A stretch of 43,506 nucleotides of DNA from Conidiobolus incongruus B7586 (taxonomy: Eukaryota): positions 1 to 43,506 of the forward strand of contig JNEM01012473.1 in NCBI GenBank assembly GCA_000697335.1. The letters run 5' to 3'. The position numbers were made by a program, and so were the translations under genes. Shown piece after piece: positions 33,779-43,506 of the stretch (position 1 is the stretch's first letter; each line of letters starts with the position of its first letter). Below the pieces are notes generated by a model, which ran no database searches, was not told the origin of the DNA, and saw only the letters and a list, made by a program, of their open reading frames with translations.

Positions 33779-35031
33779 ATGAGTGAAAAGCAACCTCTCA
33801 TTCAACCCAAACCGCGTAAAAATAGGTTCTCTTCAAAATATGTGGAATTCTATGTTACGAGGCAGTTAGGTAATTCTATTCATATTAAATGTTATTGAAC
33901 TATTAACTAATTAGAGTGAATAGAAATATCGACCTTTATATTATGTTGTATGGCAGCTACTTACTACTACGATTTGCCCTATGCAAAGTACTTTTTTGAA
34001 ATTCAAGGAGAACTCCCAGATGGCAGATATGCCAAGCATATTTTAGATATTTTTTATGTGATCTTTTGGACTGTATTCTTCATTATGTTCCGCGCGTTTT
34101 TTACAGAAAAGATTTTTGAGCCCATCGGTAGGCATTATGGTATTCAGGACGATCTCACACTGTTGAAATTTAAAGAACAATCTCTTTTGGTGCTTTATTA
34201 CTGCCTCTCTTGGGGTCTTGGATTTGTAAGCAATTTCTAATTTTCTATTTTATTTTTCTATTAACACTTTATTTTTAGTACATTTACACCAAAGTTGATT
34301 ATTATTGGGATTTTGAAGCTATTTGGCGAGGCTACCCTAACAGATTCTTTTTACCAATTTTCAAAAAATATTTCTTGGGGCAAATGGGTTTTTGGGCTAG
34401 TCAATTTTATTTCATTCAAATTGAGTTCAAAAGAAAGGACCACGCTATGATGTGCGTTCACCACGTTATTACTTTCACTTTGTTGGTCACCGGTTATTAT
34501 ACCAACTATTCAGCATTCGGTCATGTTATATTATTATTGATGGATTTGCCCGATATTTTCCTTAGTCTGGCTAAGGCTTTGAAGTACATTGGCTTTAAAT
34601 TAATCTGTGATATTATTTTCGTCATGTTCTTCATTATTTGGATTATTAATAGACATATTTTATTCGGCTATCTTCTCTATAGTGTCGCTGTTCATCCTCT
34701 TAATTACAGAGGTATTGAATGGAATCCTGCAGAAGGAATTTATTTCACACGCCCAATTCAAGTTTTCTTCTTGCTCGTTCTTGGTGGTTTGGAAGTTCTC
34801 TTAATAATGTGGTTTAGGATGATTCTCAAAGTTGTCATCAGCGTTATTAATGGAGCTAACGCCGATGATATTCGTAGTGATGATGAGGAAGAAGAAACCG
34901 AGCCAATAACCAAGAAAGAAAAAGTATCGTCTCCCAAGTAAGTAGCCTATATTTCTTCTTCACAAATGTTAATATGTTTACCTAATGTAATTTGTAGAGG
35001 TAGTCCCAAAACTGAATTAAAGCAAGAGTAA
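33779..35031 (+). CDS. LAG1: Ceramide synthase (LAG1/LAC1, TLC domain); exons 33779-33869, 33924-34225, 34279-34937, 34998-35031 (or stop at 34941 if the last intron is retained)
   Basis: KFKEQ, IWRGYP, Lag1 motif RKDHAMMCVHHVITFTL...LMDLPDIFLSLAKALKY and ADDIRSDDEEE tail; canonical introns. Confidence 0.9.
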
Positions 35032-35615
35032 AATTAATAATAATACTATAATTCTCTTGAACAATTTTGGTTAATTTTGTATAATCTAATATAATTACAA
35101 ATATATTCTTTCTCTTTGTATATTTTATTTTATCATTGATGTTTTCTAGTATTTATGATACAAAATCTAAACGTAAATATTTTAATTCTTATATTTATTT
35201 GAATGATTATTTTGGATTAGGTTTATGAAGTTGATCCAGCTCTATGTTAAAACATTAAAAAACAAAATATAAATAATGATCAATTAAATTTCCAAAATTA
35301 GTTAAATGATGCTCATATTTTAACAATTTTTAATAAAATTAACTTAAACTAATTGAGTTTTCCATATACAAGTATTTCTTGTATATAGAATAAATATGTG
35401 AATAGTTTTATATAATAAAATCATATTAGTTGATCGAATTTCTGTCATTCAGATTATCTTTGAAGGAGTTAAAAAATAATATTATTGTCATCGAATTTTA
35501 CTGTTGGATTGAATATAATAATTATATTGATATATAGTTGGTATGGGATAATTTTGATTGTTGAATTAGTCACATATTATGTTAAATTATATATTCTTAT
35601 TAATTAATGTAATAA

Positions 35616-37146
35616 TCAGTTCAGAATTGGATCCAAATTGGCTTCTTGCGATGACTGATGATCTGAGTCAGTAGGTAACTCTTGATTGATTTTGAGACCT
35701 TCCAACTGGTTAATTATATTATCAATATCTTGATCAGAAGATTTATCTTGTTCCATGGCACCTTCATTGTTAAGAAGTTGATTAAATTCAGCTTCGACTT
35801 CATCTTCCAGACCTGCAGGAATATCCAAATTCAAGGCCTGGTTAATCTGATTGACTTCGATGAAAGTATCTGAAACATCATCTATGACTTGATCGATATT
35901 CATATCTTTTTTACCCAGCAATTCGTTCAAGCCTTTTAATCCAAGTTGATAAGTTTCCAAGATCTCACGATCTGAGTGTGCATCTCGAATTCCAAATAAT
36001 ATTTCCATCAAATTATTTAAACTGTTTTCTCTCTGATTTAGTATCACTTCAATTTGCTTTCTCTTTCTCAGTTGGAGTTTGGCTCGTGAGTTCATAGATT
36101 TTTCAATACTTTGTTTAGCGAGCGATGTTTGGACATTAATTTGATGATTGAGTTGGCGTGTTTGGATATTGAGGGTGGCAATGGTACGTTTAAGTGTTAG
36201 GATTTTATGATCGATATCGTTCCAACTAGGTGTATTGATTACAGTTGTAACCTTATTCAAATAATCATTGATTACTGAAGGCTGAGGGAATTTCAAATAG
36301 CAATCTGGAGTTTTCGAGGTCAAATCGTTGATTTGAACAATAATACCCACCTCTTCCAAAACTCTCAATATCAATTTGAAGATACGAGGGTGTAGTTTCA
36401 GAAGATTAATATTCGAGAATTGTGTATTTTTCAATGCTTCAGGTAATATTTCTTCAAAAAATTCTTCATAATAGGTTAATGTATCGGTTATGGGATATAT
36501 TATAACATGCTCTGTCATGTGTTTTAATATTTTATTGACTAAGCTCTACATTGTTGGAAAACTGGGTTAATATAAGAAAACATATTTTATAATATATTAA
36601 TATTATTGAAATATTACATACTTGAATTAATTCCTTGAAAATGATAATTTCACCAACAAATTTGGGTAATTTAGAACTACCGAAAAAACCTGAAAACATA
36701 CTATTAACTAATTGAGCTGACCAACTTGGATTAATTAAAAGAGATTTCTTCTCTATTACATATTGACTAAAAGTAATAATTTTGCCTTGGTAATATAATT
36801 CCTGCTAAATAAAATTAATTATTGACTTTGACTTAACGCATTTGAATAAAAATTTTACCAACACAGCTTCCAAAGCCATAGGTACTTCACCTTCCAAATT
36901 GAATAATAATTTAAAATTATCATTATAATGAAAACCACAGCTCAACTTTGTATCGTCATCCAAAGGCAGCCAACCAAATTGACAAGTCTCCTTGAGTATA
37001 AGGGACCAAAAATCGACATTAGCTTTAAAAATATTAGGATTTAATTCTTTATACTTTGTAAAGTTAGAATATAAAGAGGCTCTGCGATCTAAATTTTGAA
37101 TTTCTTTGAATTTTATTAGATGATTTTTTATTAAATAATCTGTCAT
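35616..37146 (-). CDS. CHMP7: CHMP7/Chm7-like ESCRT-II/III hybrid protein; exons 36859..37146, 36622..36804, 35616..36545 (466 aa)
   Basis: N-terminal RRASLYSNF...NPNIFKANVDFW...G.VP.AL..VL winged-helix pattern plus a C-terminal Snf7 domain (AKLQLRKRKQIE..L..REN.L.NL..IL..I..A.SD.EI.ETYQ.G...L). The three phase-0 exons join in frame. Confidence 0.85.
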
Positions 37147-39445
37147 AATAAATTTTATTCATTTGAATTTAGATTGTATTTAGCATTTTAATGTTATTTT
37201 TTCAGGAAGTTGATTATGGTTTGCTTAGAAATGTTCTTAGTTGTTAGTTAAATTAGTAATTGTGTAGTATTTAAAATATCATAATTTAATGTAATTTGGC
37301 TAGTTTTTTAATCAGTTCACAAAATAATTTATTATGCAAAATTCAGTTATATTTAGCATTTGATTATATAATATAATAAATAATAATTACAAAATAAATT
37401 ACAGTGGTGTAAATTAAATATTAAAAAACAGAATATATTGAGATTAATTGAATTAAAAGGATAGGTTAATAACAGTTGATTTAATTTATATAGAAAGATT
37501 AATTTAAAATTTAAAGTGTTAACTGACAATTATTATTGAATAAAAATATTATTAGAAGCCATTAATATTGAATAATAAAGAAAATAAAATGGATCATGAG
37601 CATATCAATATAACTGATCAACTGATAACCAACCCATGTGGTGCTCAATAGCTTCAAAAGAGTTCATAAAATGACCTAAGATCCAACATTCTAGTGGATT
37701 TGAAAAGAATCTTTAAATCGAAGTAATTTGGTAATTGGTTAATTATTACTAAGAAAAAATTTTATAATGTTGAGTCCACTCTCAAATATATCTATTCGGT
37801 AATTTTTTATAATTTTCTTCATGATTTGTACTAGGTTGTGCTATACTAATGCTCGTGTATGTGTAAATAGTTTATTTTTAATATCACTATTTCGGATATT
37901 TAATTAAATTGAAAATTAACATATTTAATATTATGATTTTCAAATAATACCAGAATTTTAAAGTTATCATTATTGAATAAAGGATTACTTTTATATGATA
38001 AATGATGAATAATTAGCTATCATTGATTAGTTAATTAACAGGAATTATTGATTTGGAGTCAAATGATGTTCTTTGAATAATTTTGATGATTATCAAACCT
38101 AAAGAACGGTTTTCCGAGTGTCCATGATGAGTTGTGATGATGAAAGATTGCTTACCTCTATTCAATTCGTTAATAAAATAGTCATAAGATAATGGAGTAG
38201 CATAGTTCATGCCATCTGTTCAATTTAAATGGATTTGAATGCTAGTCATTAATTATAGTTATGACATGGATATTAATTGGGGATCATACGACTTTGGATT
38301 TTTTAAATTTTAAGTTTTCTTATGCCTATATTAGTCAAAAGTAGTCAACTTCTGAAAATTAGTATCCTTAATAATTAGACTAGATGAGTTAAATGCTATG
38401 CTAAAGCATTTATTAACATTTTTCATATGAATTTTGTACATGTTATTTATGTCATCACTTGTAATCATAGTCACAAATAAATCACCTAAAAAATCAAACA
38501 TATCAATAAATATTTATTGTATTGTTTCTGAATAATAATATTAAGGAATAACAAAATTGATTAAAAATTAATACGAAAATAAAAAAAAATAATAAATGTG
38601 ATCAAATATTAATATGCTTTATATTAATTAAAATTGAATATGGATCATTTTGTAGTATTTAGTAGTAAGGAAAATTTTGTTTATGTATTTTCGCTTGAAT
38701 ATATTGATGATGTCATAGATTGAAAGGTTGATTAAATATTGTATTAGTTGGTGGAATTTTGATGAGAGTAATTAATTGGATGTTAATATAGCCTAATAAG
38801 TGATTATAAGTGCTAAATTCATCATCCTGGAATGAATTTAGTCATATAGAGGAATATTCAATAGTACCACTTGGTCATCTGATAATAGGTAATCCAATCG
38901 TCTTCCATAACGTTGAATCAAAGCTGTTTTTGTCAAACTGAACACACAGAAATTCTCATGGAATGGTGCAGAGTTTGTTATCAGTAGCTTGATCTTTTAA
39001 CAACAAACCCTGAGTGGTATTTAAAATTGGCTATTTTTCGATTTTATTTGAATCATCATTCCAATAATTCATGAACATTGACCAAATAATAGTAACAATT
39101 AGGATCATTTGTTCATTATAATGACAATTAAATTAAAATAAATTGTCTCTAATTTTGAATTGGGTAACAGATTTATATTTAAATTGTTAGTAATATAAGT
39201 TTCAATTCAAATACTTTTTCCGATGCATTCCGTTGAATAATTCAGTGTAAAACCCATGTCCCTAATTGCCAATTAAATAATGTTTGATTATTTATGAATG
39301 ATATCATTGAAAGAGTATATAAAGGGTTCAGTTCAAAGTGAATTAATCTAATCGATTAAAACTTTAATAACTACCAGTTTAGTTTTATTCAATTTAGTAA
39401 TATTCAATCTGGAATCCACTCCACTTTGTCTCCAAAATAGTAAAA

Positions 39446-41317
39446 ATGTCTGGTATCTTTCAATCTATTTCAAACATCTTCTCTGATCCTTCTCAGGATA
39501 CCGCTAACTTAATCAAAGCTGCCAAATCTCCCTTCTACAACCAAGGTAAATAACATACTCCGTGCTACATATTCAAAATATGCTCATTGCATTCTGTCCA
39601 TTAGGAAATGCTGCTCCTGTTGAAAGTCGTAAAAACTTGCACTTCTTAGGACTTTTGCCACCTGGTGTGGATAACTTGGAAATCCAAAAGCAAAGAGTTT
39701 TACGTCAATTAGAAGCCAAAGATAACAACTTGGATAAATACATTTTGTTAGCTTGGTTGCGTAATACCAATCTCAATTTATTCTATTCTCTTTTGTTGGA
39801 CCACCTTCAGGTAAATATTCATTTTTACAATTGTTCTCCTGTGATATTCATGATTATTGTAGACTATCACTCCCCTTATCTATACTCCCACCGTTGGTAA
39901 AGCTTGTCAAGAATATTCCAACATCTATCCTTTCTTAGGTCCTCCTGGTAACCCTGATGGTCTCTTTATCTCCATCAATGACCTGGATCGTTTACCCGAA
40001 ATATTTGACAACTACAAGGCTTCCCTTCCCTCTCCCTTCTTACCTCCTGAGATCTCTGTCATCACTGACGGTTCTCGTATCTTGGGATTGGGTGATTTAG
40101 GCGTTAATGGTATGGGTATCCCAGTTGGTAAATTACAATTATATGTTGGTGCTGCTGGTATCAACCCCAGTCGTACCCTCCCCATCACTTTAGATTTCGG
40201 TACCAACAACCAAAAATTCATTCAAGATCCTCTTTATTTGGGTCTTAAGCAACCCCGCCCTTCCGATGATGTCTTCTATGCTTCTGTCGAAAAAGTTCTG
40301 GTTGAACTTCGCAAAGCTTTCCCTGGTATTTTGATTCAATTCGAGGATTTCTCATCTGAACACGCTTTTGGCTTATTGGAAAAGCATCGTGAAGAATTCT
40401 TCTGCTTCAACGACGATATTCAAGGTACTGGTGCTGTTATCCTGTCTGGTTTCATCAACGCTGCTAAACAATCCAATGTTGCTGCCAAGGATCACAAGCT
40501 CCTCTTCTTCGGAGCTGGTAGTGCTGGTGTTGGTGTTGCCAAGCAAATCATGGAATTCTTCATTAAGGAAGGTGGTTTGACTGAAGAAGAAGCCAAGAGA
40601 AAGTTCTGGTTGGTCGATTCCAAGGGTTTGGTCACTCTTGATCGTGGTGACAAGCTCGCTGAACACAAAATTTTCTTCGCTAGAGACGACAATGAGGGTC
40701 AACAGTTCAAATCTGTTCTCGATGTTGTCAACTATGTTAAGCCCACTGCCCTTGTTGGTCTCAGCTCTGTCAGCGGTGTCTTCTCTCCTGAGGTTTTACA
40801 ACGTATGGCTGAACTCAATGACCGTCCTATTGTTTTCCCCTTATCTAATCCCGCTGACAATGCTGAGTGTACCTTTGAACAAGCAATGATTCATACCAAC
40901 AACAAGGTCATCTTCGCCTCAGGTACTGCCTTCCCCAAATACGTTGATCCTAAGACCAACGAAGAATTCGTTCCTGGTCAAGGAAACAACATGTACATCT
41001 TCCCTGGTCTAGGTTTAGGTTGTATCCTTTCTAAGCCTAAGAAGATTACCGATGACATCATCTATGCTGCTGCTGATAGCTTGGCCAAGTCTTTAACTGA
41101 AGAAGAGCGTGCTAAGAACTGGATCTACCCTGATATCAACCGTATCAGAGAAGTTTCTGCTGAAGTCGCCGCCGCTTCTATCGTTCAAGCTGTTAAAGAA
41201 AGCTTAGTCAGCGATAAGAATATTATTGAACTTGCTAAAGATTCTTCCAAATTGTTGGCATTTGTCAAGGAACATATGTGGAAACCCGAGTACACGAATC
41301 TTGCCCCTAAAATGTAA
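39446..41317 (+). CDS. Malic enzyme (NAD(P)-dependent); exons 39446-39545, 39605-39810, 39863-41317 (586 aa)
   Basis: IYTPTVG, VITDGSRILGLGDLG, IQFEDF, FNDDIQGTG, GAGSAGVG, PLSNP and QGNNMYIFPG motifs; two GT-AG introns keep the frame. Confidence 0.96.
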
Positions 41318-43248
41318 AGGTGCTTCTCTTGTAATTCTGTCATACAATTAATCTTAATCGTACTAATATCGATACTCAATCTTTCTAAACCGTGTAACCC
41401 ATATTACTTGGTGTGATTTGTTATTTTTAAATATATTAATCAAAATAATTCAAATTGAAATTTTATTTTCACTTTTATATTTCATATCAAAAATTTTCTT
41501 TGACCATTATTTTAGTAGTGAGTCGTAACCTAAATCTAATCAAGCTCAGTCTTCCCAAACAAGCTTCAAACCTAATTCGATTGATATCTCTTCCAACACC
41601 GTACGCGATGCATCCCAATTGGCTTTCAGACCTTTTACAGCACTCACAAGACCAATAATTCGTAGTGTTTATGGCGTAAATACATCCGCTAAATTCATGC
41701 CAGCTTTCCGATCGCTTTTGCGCATACGACCCTTTTAATTGAGCTTGGATTATCTTTTTTTTTCAATAGCCATTTCCATTTCTTTCATTACTCTATCCTC
41801 TACTAACCTTTCGCTACTCTCATTCAACAAATAACAATGTTTTTTTATAATATTTTATCAATTCTTATTACTAACAAGTTCTAAGTATAATCAGCATTCA
41901 AATATTAATTTAAACGGTATTCGAATTTAACGATTTTCGAAAAATCAATATATTCTCAATATTTTCTGATAGACATCTATTCAAATTCTATTTAGCAACA
42001 TTATTCATAAATATTTACTAAATTTAGATCTAAACGTTATCACAGCTTTCCAATTTTCAGTAATTGCTTGCTTCAGTATATATTTCAATATGAATTTTAA
42101 ATAGTATATGATTTATTTGTACATTTAATATATGCAATTCAGTTGGTCAATTCACCTCATCAAAACCTTATTTAACTATACTTATTATGATGTCACGAAC
42201 AGACCATAAATTTCTATTTGATAATAATTTTGAAATCAACACCTAGAATTTAGATTATTAAATTGAAACAAGGTTAGTTTTATGAAACATTGTATGCGAT
42301 CTACTTGAAATAATTTAGTCATATTTCAAACATTTATTATTAAATAGAAAAAAGTACCTTTAATATTTCTTCAATCAATTGTATTGAATGATAGCAGTGC
42401 CGATGATATTAAGGACTTTCAATCTGTTTGATTCACATATACATACTAGCTTTAAGCCCACAAATTCATTTAACATACACTAATCAATATAAATTTCAAA
42501 ATATATTTTGAGAACCGTAAATATTAATATTAGAATTTTTTCAAATTCAAGGCTTTAGTAAAGTTTATTAACCTATATCTAACCATTTGAATATTGAAAC
42601 TTACAATGTTGTTAAATATTTTGAACCTTGAAAATTTGTAATTGAATGAACAATTTTTGAATTAAAATTATAAGCATATTTTATAATTATAATAAACCTG
42701 AAATATTAATCATTTATATTTTTTTCAAATCAAATATTTCATTGTAATAAAAGTATGATATAATTTAAGAAATTTGAACAATAGAATTTATTTTTCCACT
42801 AGTTTTTCAGGTTGATTTATCAAGTTAATAATTATTGTTTTTAAAATATATCAAAAAACTCTCATTGTATATTAAATATATTAATATCACTTCATATTGT
42901 ACTGAATATTCTGTAATATGTTTTATAATTTATATTAATATTAGTGTTTGTTTATGTATTTTATCTATCAAATTTACATTCTAAATGATTATACTATATA
43001 ATATATAATAATTTAGCACAACCAAAATACTATGGCTTTTTTCATAAATTTGTATTGTTTTTTGGTATTAAGAGTTTTGATCACATAATTTCTATCATTT
43101 TTATTTATTTTATTATATTCTCAATATCTGTAAAGATATTTTTAAGATTATAATACAATATTATTTTTTTAACCTTGGTTATATTCTATAACTAAATAAG
43201 ATATAAATTTATATTAGTCAATATATATTATTATTATTTTTATTATTA

Positions 43249-43506
43249 TTACTTTAAAATTAAAGAAATGGGAAATTTTTTAATTTCTGATTTTTCAAAT
43301 ATAATCATTAGTTTCAAAAAATATATATATATATATATATATATGATAAGAGATAAGTTTTGAAAATTCTTATATAAAACTCTATATAATTTATTTAACT
43401 CTAAATAATTAAATAATTTATATTTTTAAAGTTAATTGCATATATAGTAATAATTATACAAATAAACTAAATTCTTTATTATTTTCAAATCTATTATTTT
43501 TTATTT
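43249..43506 (-). mobile_element. Terminus (probably 3' end) of another decayed copy of the mariner family, running off the window
   Basis: TA|TTACTTTAAAATTAAAGAAATGGGAAATTTTTTAATTTCTGATTTTTCAAA matches the reverse complement of 352-422 for ~70 bp, then diverges. The later actaaattct...aatctatt resembles 11193-11225 near the 3' end of the relic. Confidence 0.75.

Noticed and set aside
37590..38320. Slightly GC-richer patches with protein-like fragments (e.g. DINWGSYDFGFF)
   Set aside because: Too many stops and no recognisable family; cannot be supported.

Overview
Very AT-rich eukaryotic DNA with short GT-AG introns. It is most consistent with an early-diverging fungus; a Conidiobolus-like entomophthoralean is my inference from composition and gene style, not a proven assignment. 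Conserved genes: Sly1 (SM protein), an F-box/LRR-like protein, a Rap1/Rsr1 GTPase, a Ptc2/3-type PP2C phosphatase, a LAG1/LAC1 ceramide synthase, a CHMP7-like ESCRT-III protein and a malic enzyme. The most striking accessory feature is a ~13 kb cluster (13.1-26.3 kb) of seven intronless, small, acidic proteins with signal peptides and no cysteine in the mature chain. They share overlapping Asn/Gly-rich motifs, some resembling a curlin beta-arch repeat. The window also holds four pieces of one Tc1/mariner family: a young copy nested in an old copy at the left edge, a full-length AT-decayed relic carrying a solo LTR with a 5-bp TSD, and a terminus at the right edge. Several stop-riddled pseudogenes are present (LEA-like, Rpr2/Rpp21-family, unknown). 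No tRNA, rRNA or CRISPR was seen.
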